From NCBI GenBank assembly GCA_051418015.1, contig JBPRGF010000014.1, positions 63,974 to 127,973 of the forward strand: DNA of 64,000 nt, written 5' to 3'. Source of the stretch: Candidatus Nitrospinota bacterium M3_3B_026 (GTDB lineage: Bacteria; Nitrospinota_A; UBA7883; JBPRGF01). The notes below the pieces were generated by a model, which was not told the DNA's origin, did no database searches, and saw nothing but the letters and a program-made list of their open reading frames with translations. Below, piece by piece: positions 9,731 through 18,496 of the stretch. The position numbers were made by a program, and so were the translations under genes. Each line of letters starts with the position of its first letter. Position 1 is the first letter of the stretch.

Positions 9731-9885
9731 ACACCGGGGAAAAGGGCGGCGAGACTCGGCGCCGAGCCTCGCCGGGAGCGCATTGGGCGCGCCTGGCTAT
9801 ACCTTTCGCCGGGGCGCGTTTATAATCTTCTGGAGGATGCTAACCCGCCGACTTTCCCGCGGCGGGCCTTCGTGTTGAGCTGACC

Positions 9886-11373
9886 TTGATGAAACAAGAC
9901 CGAAGAATAGAGCTTTTAAAGGACATCGCCGGCCTCATCGGCTCCGTGGCCGACCTGGACAACCTGCTCGCGCTGCTGGTCATCACCGCCACGCGCGTCC
10001 TGGAGGTCCGCGCCTCGTCGTTGTTGCTGCTGGACAAGAAGACCGGCCGCCTTTACTTCCACACCGCCCTCGGCGACAAGAAAGAGAACGTGAAGGAGTT
10101 CGAGCTGAAAAAGGGCGAGGGGATAGCCGGGTGGGTCTTCGAGCGCGGCGAGCCTCTGCTTGTCGAGAACGTGAAGGAAGACCCCCGCTGGGCCTCCGAG
10201 ATCGCGGAGAAAGTGGGCTTCAACACGGGGTCCATAGCCTGCGCGCCCCTGAAGGTGGAAGGGGAGGTGATAGGCGTCCTGGAGGTCATAGACAGAGAGG
10301 ACGGCGCTCCCCTGCGGCCGGAGGACCTGAAACAGCTGCAGGCATTCTCCGATCTGGCCGCCGCGACGCTCCTGAGCGCCAGGGCGTACAAGAACGTCCA
10401 GAGGGAGGTCAGCGAGCTGCGCCGGGAGCTCGGCTCGAGACGGCGCATAATCGGAAACTCCCCCTCCGTCAGGAAGGCCCTGGAGGACTGTTCCAAGGTG
10501 GCCGACTCCAAGGCCACGACGCTCATCACCGGGGAGTCCGGCACGGGCAAGGAGCTTTTCGCCCGGCTCATCCACGATCTGTCGCCGCGGAGCGGCGGCC
10601 CCATGACGGTTGTCAACTGCGGCGCGCTGCCGGAGACCCTGCTGGAGCGGGAGCTTTTCGGCCACGAGAAGGGCGCCTTCACGGGGGCCGATTCCATGAA
10701 GCCCGGCCTTTTCGAGTCCGCCGACACGGGTACCATATTCCTCGATGAGATAGCGGAGACGTCCCCCGCCATGCAGGTCAAGCTGCTGCGGGTCCTGCAG
10801 GAGGGAGCGTTTTACAGGGTCGGCGGCTCCTCGCCGATCCGCGTGGACGTCAGGGTCATCGCGGCCACGAACAAAGACCTTGAGAAGATGGTGAAGGAGA
10901 AGACGTTCCGCGAGGATCTTTTTTACAGGCTCAACGTCTTCAGGCTGCGCCTGCCGCCGCTGCGGGACAGGAGGGACGACATCCCCGCCCTCGCGGAAAA
11001 GTTCCTGGCCCGGACGGCGCGGGATATGAGCCGCCCTGTCAGGGGTTTTTCGGACGAGGCGATGAACGCCCTCATGAGATACTCCTGGCCCGGCAACATC
11101 CGCCAACTGGAGAACGCCGTGGAGCGCGCCGTGATAATGTCCGAGTCGGAGTTGATCGAGCTCGACGACCTGCCTGGGGAGGTGCGGGAGACCGGCGGCG
11201 GGGACATTCACGTGGGCATGAGCCTGAAAGACGCCCAGGACGGCTTCAAGAGGGCGTTTATAGCGCAATCGCTGGCGTTCCTCGGCGGCAACAAGACGAA
11301 AACGGCTAAGATGCTGGGCATACAGCGCACCTACCTGAGCAGGCTCATAAGGGAGCTTGGCATAAACTCTTAA
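9886..11373 (+). CDS. GAF-domain sigma-54-dependent transcriptional activator (Fis-type HTH)
   Basis: GAF domain, GESGTGKE Walker A, GAFTGA loop, WPGNIRQL, C-terminal HTH. Confidence 0.92.
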   Translation: MMKQDRRIELLKDIAGLIGSVADLDNLLALLVITATRVLEVRASSLLLLDKKTGRLYFHTALGDKKENVKEFELKKGEGIAGWVFERGEPLLVENVKEDPRWASEIAEKVGFNTGSIACAPLKVEGEVIGVLEVIDREDGAPLRPEDLKQLQAFSDLAAATLLSARAYKNVQREVSELRRELGSRRRIIGNSPSVRKALEDCSKVADSKATTLITGESGTGKELFARLIHDLSPRSGGPMTVVNCGALPETLLERELFGHEKGAFTGADSMKPGLFESADTGTIFLDEIAETSPAMQVKLLRVLQEGAFYRVGGSSPIRVDVRVIAATNKDLEKMVKEKTFREDLFYRLNVFRLRLPPLRDRRDDIPALAEKFLARTARDMSRPVRGFSDEAMNALMRYSWPGNIRQLENAVERAVIMSESELIELDDLPGEVRETGGGDIHVGMSLKDAQDGFKRAFIAQSLAFLGGNKTKTAKMLGIQRTYLSRLIRELGINS

Positions 11374-11401
11374 AACGCCGGGCGGCGGGACGCGCCCGGG
11401 G

Positions 11402-12226
11402 ATGGAAGGCATGGAAAACCTCGTATGGATCGCCGCGGGCCTCGCCCTGATAGCGATGATAGCCACCAGGCTGAGGGAGCAGAGGCAGGAGTCGCGCCAC
11501 AGGAGGGGGCTGTCACCCGCCGCGTCCAACCGGTTTCGCGGCGGCCACGACGGGATGTTCGACGCGCGGGTTATAGCCTTGGAGTTCGACGAATCCGGCC
11601 CGGTGATGTTCATAAACGGCAAGTTCAAAAACGGCGAGGAGCCTACGGACATCGGGCTGGTGACGGCGGAGGTGGAGCACGCCGCGGGGACGGAGACTTT
11701 TTTCCCGTTCGACGCCGACACGGGCGAGGAACCCGGCGAGCGCAGGCTGGGAGACCTTGTGAACCTTGTCGCGCCCGCCTCCTTCTCTCCCTTCGAGAGG
11801 GGGATGTTCCGCGCGCCCCTTTTCTCTCCGGACCGCGAGGAGCGCCTCGCCAGCGCCGTCGACCGGCTGGACAGCGCCGCCATGCGCATGGTGGAGAAGC
11901 TCGATCGGGAGTTTGACAGCTACTCTCTGGAGGGGGAGCCGCTGGCCCGGCTGGAGGAGGACTTCCGGCGTGATTTCGTGGTGAAGGAAATCGCCGATGA
12001 GATAGAACGCGAGCTTCTCTGGCGGCCGGGACGCTTTTCGATCATCGCGAAGTTCGTGTCCGGCGGCAATGACGTCGTGGACAAGATATCCCTGACGATC
12101 CATCTCGACCAGAGCAACGCCGAAAAGCTCAGGAAAAACGTGGACGCGATAATAACCAACGCCCTCCGCGCCGAGCTGGACCTGGAGCCTGCGCTCTACA
12201 CCCCGGTGATATTCGAGAGAGAATAG
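11402..12226 (+). CDS. Hypothetical protein with N-terminal membrane anchor
   Basis: 274-aa ORF colinear with upstream genes, hydrophobic N-terminal helix, no recognised motif. Confidence 0.6.
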   Translation: MEGMENLVWIAAGLALIAMIATRLREQRQESRHRRGLSPAASNRFRGGHDGMFDARVIALEFDESGPVMFINGKFKNGEEPTDIGLVTAEVEHAAGTETFFPFDADTGEEPGERRLGDLVNLVAPASFSPFERGMFRAPLFSPDREERLASAVDRLDSAAMRMVEKLDREFDSYSLEGEPLARLEEDFRRDFVVKEIADEIERELLWRPGRFSIIAKFVSGGNDVVDKISLTIHLDQSNAEKLRKNVDAIITNALRAELDLEPALYTPVIFERE

Positions 12227-12248
12227 GCGGCGCGAAGACAGGCGGCGG

Positions 12249-12462
12249 GATCCTTCGCCCCGGGATTTTTCGGCTTCGCCTTAGAATGACAAGGGGGGCT
12301 CCGAGGATGGCGAAAGCTCATCGTGGCGCCACTCTGAGCGAAGAGCCTCGCAATGGACTCCGCTATGTCATGCTGAGCAAAGCGAAGCATCTCGCGCCGG
12401 ATAAAACGATGAGATCCTTCATCTGCGGCTCAGGATGACAAAGGGGCGCCTCAGAAATGACA
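12249..12462. repeat. REP/MITE-like palindromic element cluster (copy 2)
   Basis: Complete unit TGTCATGCTGAGCAAAGCGAAGCATCT...AGATCCTTC...GCTCAGGATGACA at 12366-12440 plus degenerate half sites; lies between convergent genes. Confidence 0.75.
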
Positions 12463-12472
12463 AAGGTGGGTC

Positions 12473-13666
12473 TCAGGCTTGTTTGAGCTTGCGCAGGTAG
12501 TCCGCCATTATCCTCGCCGCCCGGTCCGCCGCGCCCGGCTCTCCCAGCGAGTCCCTCACTTTTTCAAGCTCGTTCCGGGCCTTCTCGCGCCTGCCCGCGT
12601 CCTCGAGAAAGGAAAGCGTTGTTTTGGCGATGTTCTTCGCCGTGACTTTGCGCTGGATGAGCTCCGGGACTATCTCCCGCCCCGCGATGAGGTTCGGCAG
12701 CCCGGCCCACTTTACGTGGCTCAATAGTTTAGCGAGAAAATAGGAGAGAGCATCGGCCTTGTAGACGATGACCATCGGCGTCCCCGCTATGGCCGCCTGG
12801 AGAGTGGACGTGCCGGACTTGCATATCAGGAAGTCGCAGGCGCTCATCACCTCCCACGTCCTGCCCCGAACCACCGCCGCCTCCACGCCGGCGGCCTCGA
12901 CCTTTTCCCTTATATAAGAAGGGTCGACCGACTCCGCGGCGGGGATGACCACCTTGACCGGCTTTTTCGCGCGGATGATCTTCACCGCGTCCAGCATCTC
13001 CGGCAGCATCCGCTCCACCTCCGCCTCCCGCGAGCCCGGCACAAGGCCCAGCAAAGTATGCCCCATCCCGGCGCCGAGTTCGGCCCGCAGGGCGGCCCTG
13101 TCCTCCACGGGCTCAAGCTCGTCCAGCAGGGGGTGGCCGACGAAATGGGCGTTCACACCCCGGCGGATGTAAAACTCCTCCTCGAAGGGGAAGGCCACGA
13201 TCATGAGATCCACATATCGTTTTATCGTCTTCACCCTCCCCCTGCGCCAGGCCCAGACCTGCGGGCAGACGTAGTAGAAAACCGGTGTGGCGGAATTCTC
13301 GGCGGCCTTGGCGAGGCGGAGGTTGAACTCGGGATAGTCGATCAGGACGATGGCGTCATACTCCCCCGCGGCGGCCTTTTCCTTGAGCTTGCCGAGGACG
13401 TCGAAGAAGAAGCGGAACCTGCCGGCCATGGAGCCGAGCCCCACGGACGACATCTCGGTGACATCGAAGAAAGTCGTTCCCCCCGCCTGCCTCATGCGCC
13501 CTCCGCCGATCCCTTCCACCCGCAGACCTTCGATGAGCCTCTTCAGGCTTCTAGTGATCTGGGCCGCGTAGACGTCGCCGGACTCCTCCCCCGCGACGAC
13601 AAGGATCTTCTCGGCGGCGGGCTTTGCGAGGCCGGGTTTTATCAGATCATGAAACGGATCTGCCAT
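12473..13666 (-). CDS. lpxB: Lipid-A-disaccharide synthase
   Basis: VAGEESGD, IDYPEFN, YVCPQVWAWR, FVGHPL, PGSREAE, SGTSTL motifs. Confidence 0.95.
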   Translation of the reverse strand: MADPFHDLIKPGLAKPAAEKILVVAGEESGDVYAAQITRSLKRLIEGLRVEGIGGGRMRQAGGTTFFDVTEMSSVGLGSMAGRFRFFFDVLGKLKEKAAAGEYDAIVLIDYPEFNLRLAKAAENSATPVFYYVCPQVWAWRRGRVKTIKRYVDLMIVAFPFEEEFYIRRGVNAHFVGHPLLDELEPVEDRAALRAELGAGMGHTLLGLVPGSREAEVERMLPEMLDAVKIIRAKKPVKVVIPAAESVDPSYIREKVEAAGVEAAVVRGRTWEVMSACDFLICKSGTSTLQAAIAGTPMVIVYKADALSYFLAKLLSHVKWAGLPNLIAGREIVPELIQRKVTAKNIAKTTLSFLEDAGRREKARNELEKVRDSLGEPGAADRAARIMADYLRKLKQA

Positions 13667-14346
13667 ACCCTGTAGAAAGCCTCGAAAAATATTGTCCAGG
13701 ACATCTTGGACTTGCCACCCTCCCTGTCCTTGAAGACTATCGGAATCTCCTTTATCTTAAACCCTTTTTTGCTCGCCCTGTAGGTCATCTCTATCTGGAA
13801 GGAATAACCCTCGGAGCGGACCTCGTCCAGGGGCAGCGACTCCAGGATCCTCCGCCGGAAACATTTGAAGCCCCCCGTGAGGTCGCGGTATGGCAGGGAG
13901 AGTATGATCCTGGAATAGAGGCTTCCTCCCATGGATATGATCTTGCGGAAGAAAGGCCAGTTCTCCACGCCGCCGCCCTCCACGTAGCGGGAGCCTATGA
14001 CAAGATCCGCCTCGCGCGCCGCCTCCAGGAAATCGGGGAGGTAGGCCGGGTCGTGGGAGAAATCGGCGTCCATCTCGAATATGTATTCGAACCCGTGTTC
14101 CAGGGCGTGCTTGAACCCGGCGATGTACGCCGTGCCCAGACCGAGCTTGCCAGGCCTGCGCAGAAGGCGGACGCGCTCGTCTTTTTCCGACAGCCTTTCC
14201 ACGAGGCCGCCCGTGCCGTCGGGAGAGTTGTCGTCCACCACCAGGACGGAGGCTTCGGGGAGCCTGTCGTGTATCGCGCCGATAAGCCTTTCTATGTTCT
14301 CTATCTCGTTGTAGGTCGGGATGATGACAAGGGTTTGGGAATTCAT
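13642..14346 (-). CDS. Polyprenol monophosphomannose synthase-like GT2 glycosyltransferase
   Basis: IIPTYNE, VDDNSPDGT, MDADFSH, DLTGGFKCF, GYSFQIE. Confidence 0.9.
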   Translation of the reverse strand: MNSQTLVIIPTYNEIENIERLIGAIHDRLPEASVLVVDDNSPDGTGGLVERLSEKDERVRLLRRPGKLGLGTAYIAGFKHALEHGFEYIFEMDADFSHDPAYLPDFLEAAREADLVIGSRYVEGGGVENWPFFRKIISMGGSLYSRIILSLPYRDLTGGFKCFRRRILESLPLDEVRSEGYSFQIEMTYRASKKGFKIKEIPIVFKDREGGKSKMSWTIFFEAFYRVWQIRFMI

Positions 14347-14416
14347 AGGAGGGCATTTTAAGGTAAAGAGCCGCTGGAGGGCAATCACGGAGAGAGGAGC
14401 GTCAAAATTCCGTCTA

Positions 14417-14443
14417 TCAAGTTATCCTGAAACTCTCCGACAA
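14417..14443 (+). promoter_or_regulatory. Putative sigma-28 (FliA) promoter upstream of FlgO-domain operon
   Basis: TCAAG-N14-TCCGACAA versus the consensus T(A/C)AAG-N14/15-GCCGATAA. Confidence 0.5.
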
Positions 14444-14524
14444 TTAGGGTGTAATCTCAACGTGGCCAGGCCCCAGAGCGCCTGAAACTGGATCTACATT
14501 AATAACGTCGATTACGTTTGAACG

Positions 14525-15127
14525 ATGGCGATTCGCATGAAACCTGCCGTGGCTTTCAGTCTTGTTCCGGTTCTCCTGCTGGCCTTCCTCGGAGCCTGCG
14601 CGCTGCTGGAGCGGGATTTCACGGCAAGCAAGGCCGAGGCGCTGAACAGGGAAATAGGAAAGGTCGCCATAGAGCTCGCCAACCGCCTGCGTGAGTTCGA
14701 CCCCACGGACAAGACCATAGCCGTCGCCACATTCGTCGAGCTGGACCGGCTGGAGAGCACATCCTCCTTCGGCAGGCTGGTAGCCGAGCGGCTCGCCGCG
14801 GAGCTTTACAAGCTCGGCTTCAGGGTCCGCGAGCTGCGGCAGATGAGCGAGGTGGAGATCGTCCCGGATAAGGGCGAGCTGGCCCTCTCCCGCCGGGCGG
14901 AGCGGCTTGTGAAAAAATACCGGGTGGACGCGCTGGTCACGGGCACCTACGCCATGGTCGGCGACGAGGTGATGGTCAGCGCCCGGCTTTTGAGCGTGGA
15001 CACGGCAAGGGTGGTCTCCGTGGGCAAGATGGTGGCCCACGCGAGGATGAACTCCTACATCCATGATCTTCTGACCCGCCGGTCCGAGGCGAGCGCGCCG
15101 GTGGTGAGGGTGCACGGCGATGAGTAG
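14525..15127 (+). CDS. FlgO-family lipoprotein
   Basis: Lipobox LGAC; IAVATFVELD..TSSFGRLVAERL..EL...GELALSR...VTGTY pattern. Confidence 0.78.
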   Translation: MAIRMKPAVAFSLVPVLLLAFLGACALLERDFTASKAEALNREIGKVAIELANRLREFDPTDKTIAVATFVELDRLESTSSFGRLVAERLAAELYKLGFRVRELRQMSEVEIVPDKGELALSRRAERLVKKYRVDALVTGTYAMVGDEVMVSARLLSVDTARVVSVGKMVAHARMNSYIHDLLTRRSEASAPVVRVHGDE

Positions 15128-16316
15128 GGGGATCACAGGGATGAGCGCGAAACACTGGGCGGCTCTCGTCATGTCCGCCGTCATCGCCGCGGGATGCTAC
15201 CCGTACCGCAAGGAGCCGGACTTCCAGAGCAGGCTCGTCCCTTCGCGGCCTTCCTATGGCGGGCAATATGAGTGGCCGCCATACTCGGCGATATACACCC
15301 AGCGCTTTGTCTGGAAGATGCGCTACATGGCCGAGAGGCTGGCCGCCGGGATGCCCGAGGGGGAAAGGGAGAGAACGCCCCTGCTCATGACCACCATGGC
15401 GCCGGCGGACGACATCTACCGCGGGACGAGCTTCGGCAGGCTTGTCACCGAGACGCTGATGACGGAGCTTTCCGCGCAGGGGTTTGAGGTCATCGAGGCG
15501 AGAAAGATGGACGGCTACAAAATCCTCGACCACGAGGGCGAGTTCTATCTCTCCCGCGACGTCAAGAGGATAGCCGCCGAGCACGAGGCCGGCGCGGCCC
15601 TCGTCGGGACGTACTCCGAGTCCGGCGGCCAGGCCATCATAAACACCAGGATCATAGACACAAGGCAAGGCAGGGTCATCGCCGCCGCCACGGCCATGAT
15701 GGACATACGCGGCGACAGGTTCCTCGGGCCGATCCTGACCGGGGATGGCGCTGGCGGGACAGGCGCCGAAACGCCGGAGATAGCCACGCGCAAGAAGGTG
15801 ATGCCCGCCGAGGATCCATACTCCGAGGTGTTGCGGGACATGGCCCGCGATATGGCCTATGACGTGGCCGAGGCGGCCGCGGGCGAGGCGGGCCGGGCGC
15901 CGGTCATCGCCGTCGCCACCTTTGTGGACGTGGACAACATGTACCGCGCCGCCACCTTCGGAAGGTACATTACGGAGCTTCTGATGGAGAACCTCTCCTC
16001 CATGGGCCACGAGGTGCTCGAGCTTCGCGCCGCGCCGGAGGTGTTCGTCGACCTGCGGATAGGCGAGCTTGCCCTGACCAGGGAGATGAGCCAGCTCGTC
16101 GGCTCGACCGGCGCCGGCGCGGTCGTCCTCGGCACCTACACCAAGGCCGGCGACAAGGTGATGGTCAGCGCCAGGATGGTCGTGAAAAAGACGAAGAGAG
16201 TTATCGGCGTGGGGAGCATGACGGTGGACGCGGGCGAAGAGAACGAGTTCGTCGCGGCGCTTCTGAAAAACGAGATAGCCGCCGTTCCACCAACCGAGAC
16301 CGTGGAGGGTTTTTGA
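15120..16316 (+). CDS. Lipoprotein with two tandem FlgO-like domains
   Basis: Lipobox AAGC; two copies of the FGRxxTExL...GEfxLSR...GTY pattern. Confidence 0.75.
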   Translation: MSRGITGMSAKHWAALVMSAVIAAGCYPYRKEPDFQSRLVPSRPSYGGQYEWPPYSAIYTQRFVWKMRYMAERLAAGMPEGERERTPLLMTTMAPADDIYRGTSFGRLVTETLMTELSAQGFEVIEARKMDGYKILDHEGEFYLSRDVKRIAAEHEAGAALVGTYSESGGQAIINTRIIDTRQGRVIAAATAMMDIRGDRFLGPILTGDGAGGTGAETPEIATRKKVMPAEDPYSEVLRDMARDMAYDVAEAAAGEAGRAPVIAVATFVDVDNMYRAATFGRYITELLMENLSSMGHEVLELRAAPEVFVDLRIGELALTREMSQLVGSTGAGAVVLGTYTKAGDKVMVSARMVVKKTKRVIGVGSMTVDAGEENEFVAALLKNEIAAVPPTETVEGF

Positions 16317-16317
16317 G

Positions 16318-16872
16318 ATGAAAGCGGCAAGACTCATCGCGGGACTCTTGTTCGCGGCGGCCGCGCTTTCCGGCTGCGCGGGGCTCGCGGCGGCCCCGAA
16401 ACGCGCCGTGGGGCCGGCGCCGGACGACCAGTTCGGCGCGATGTACCTGGCCTACACGATCAAGGGCCAACTCCGCCACAGGGAGGTGATGGACCAGCCT
16501 ATCGTCGTCACCACCTTCGTCGACCTGAACAACCTGGCCAGGTCATCGGTCTTCGGCAGGGTCCTGGCGGAGAAGCTGCTGACGGAGCTTCACCTGGCGG
16601 GGTTCACGGTGTCGGAGATAAGAAAAGGCAGGGACATCTTCATCCGCAAGGAGTTGGGGGAGCTTATCCTCTCCCGCGACTCCAGGGAGATACTGGGCAA
16701 GTCGAGGGCGCGGGCCGCCCTGGCGGGGACCTACGTGGCCACGGAGGATTCCGTGATAGTCAACGCAAGGCTCATAGACGTGGGCAGCCCGCTGATCCTC
16801 TCCTCCTGCTCCTACAATCTCCCCATGACGGGTGAGCTTCAGAAACTTTTGACGGGCGAGGCCCCGTTTTAG
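16318..16872 (+). CDS. FlgO-family lipoprotein
   Basis: Lipobox LSGC; IVVTTFVDLNNL..SSVFGRVLAEKL...GELILSR...GTY. Confidence 0.78.
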   Translation: MKAARLIAGLLFAAAALSGCAGLAAAPKRAVGPAPDDQFGAMYLAYTIKGQLRHREVMDQPIVVTTFVDLNNLARSSVFGRVLAEKLLTELHLAGFTVSEIRKGRDIFIRKELGELILSRDSREILGKSRARAALAGTYVATEDSVIVNARLIDVGSPLILSSCSYNLPMTGELQKLLTGEAPF

Positions 16873-16875
16873 AAG

Positions 16876-17454
16876 ATGAGCCGAGGAGACTGGAAAATGA
16901 GAGTTTTTGAGCTTGCGGTGGCGGTCTTCTTCGTCGCGGCCCTCGCCGCGCCGCCGGCCTTCGCCAACGGTGTCCCGGAGAGCGCGACGCCCGCCGACGG
17001 GGCCATGGCCGGGAGCGCGGAGGCAAAAGAGATGAAAAAGACCGAAAGCGCGGGGCCGACGCCGCCCTCCGCGGAAGCGGACCAGGAGATAACCCCCCCG
17101 GTGAGCGGCGCGGGGGCGGAGGCCGTCGCCCCGGCAGTGAGCGGGGAGGGGACGACCGAGAGGAGGATCGGCGTCGTTACCACGTCCCCCATGCCGCCGA
17201 CGATACGCAAGGTCTCCGTGCTTATAGAGTCGTCCCCCTCGAATTGCGACATCGAGATAGACGGCGTGTACGTGGGGTCTACACCGGTACAGCTTTCGCT
17301 AAAAGAGGGCGTGCACCACGTCAAGATATCGAGGGAGGGGTACCTCCCCTGGGCGAAGGCGGTGAAGGCTTACCACGGCCTTTATGTGAACCCGGCGCTG
17401 GTCAGCGAGTCGGCCCGCTCCGCGGACATCAAGGAAAGCGCGAGCGCCAGGTGA
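16876..17454 (+). CDS. Secreted PEGA-domain protein
   Basis: Signal peptide, low-complexity linker, IESSPSNCDIEIDGVYVGSTP...GVHHVKISREGY PEGA motif. Confidence 0.8.
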   Translation: MSRGDWKMRVFELAVAVFFVAALAAPPAFANGVPESATPADGAMAGSAEAKEMKKTESAGPTPPSAEADQEITPPVSGAGAEAVAPAVSGEGTTERRIGVVTTSPMPPTIRKVSVLIESSPSNCDIEIDGVYVGSTPVQLSLKEGVHHVKISREGYLPWAKAVKAYHGLYVNPALVSESARSADIKESASAR

Positions 17455-17479
17455 CGCCTTTAGCGGCGCGCCGGGCTTG

Positions 17480-18370
17480 TCATTCCTCCTCGGCCAGCCT
17501 CCGAAGGTATTCGCCGTACTCGTTCTTGCTCAAGGGGTCGGCAAGCCTCAGGAGCTGGTCTTTGTCTATGTAGCCCATCCTGTAGGCCACCTCCTCAACG
17601 CAGGCCACCTTGAGCCCCTGCCTGTTCTCGATGGTCTCGATGAAGTTCGCCGCCTCCAGCAGCGACTGGCTGGTGCCTGTGTCGAGCCATGCGACCCCCC
17701 GCCCCAGTACCCGCACGTCCAGGTCGCCGCGCTCGAGGTAGACGTTGTTGATGTCGGTGATCTCAAGCTCGCCCCGGACGGAGGGTTTCAGCCCCGCGGC
17801 TATCTCCACGACGTCGTTGTCGTAGTAGTAGAGCCCCGTGACGGCGAAATGGGACTTGGGATTTTCCGGCTTTTCCACGATCTTCTCCGGCCTGCCGTCC
17901 TTTGAAAGCTCCACCACCCCGTAACGGCTCGGGTCGCGCACCCAGTAGCCGAATATGGTGGCGCCGGATTCCCTGGCCGCGGCCTTTTTCATGGTCTCGG
18001 GCAGCCCCTCGCCGTAGAAAAGATTGTCACCCAGGATCATGATGACGGGATCGGAGCCTATGAACTCCCGCCCGATGATGAAAGCCTGCGCCAGCCCCTC
18101 GGGCCTGGGCTGTATGGCGTAGGATATATCGAGGCCCAGCTGCGAGCCGTCCCCTAAAAGCCGCTCGAAGCCGCTCTTGTCCTCGGGGGTGGTTATAATA
18201 AGTACCCGCCGGACGCCGGAGAGCATCAGCGTGGAGAGGGGATAGTAGATCATCGGCTTGTCGTACACCGGCAGAAGCTGCTTGCTGCCCGTCAGGGTCA
18301 GCGGATACAGCCTCGTCCCGGCGCCGCCGGCGAGGATTATCCCTTTTCTTCCTGTTTCGCTTTCACTCAT
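17480..18370 (-). CDS. rfbA: Glucose-1-phosphate thymidylyltransferase
   Basis: [45 protein letters not shown]. Confidence 0.97.
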   Translation of the reverse strand: MSESETGRKGIILAGGAGTRLYPLTLTGSKQLLPVYDKPMIYYPLSTLMLSGVRRVLIITTPEDKSGFERLLGDGSQLGLDISYAIQPRPEGLAQAFIIGREFIGSDPVIMILGDNLFYGEGLPETMKKAAARESGATIFGYWVRDPSRYGVVELSKDGRPEKIVEKPENPKSHFAVTGLYYYDNDVVEIAAGLKPSVRGELEITDINNVYLERGDLDVRVLGRGVAWLDTGTSQSLLEAANFIETIENRQGLKVACVEEVAYRMGYIDKDQLLRLADPLSKNEYGEYLRRLAEEE

Positions 18371-18496
18371 GGAAAACCGTCAGTTTTGTTTTGAAAACAC
18401 CGCGGAAAAGATTGTAACATCACGCGAGCGGCTGATCGCTCATTATACACAGCCCGCTCGCCTCGAATCCATGGCATACCCATTATGGCGCGTTGA

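Noticed and set aside
9916..11889. Long antisense or alternate-frame ORFs (e.g. 9916-11889, 7149-8801, 31900-33534, 54559-55872, 59226-60776)
   Set aside because: Shadow ORFs of well-supported genes in GC-rich DNA, with no recognisable motifs.
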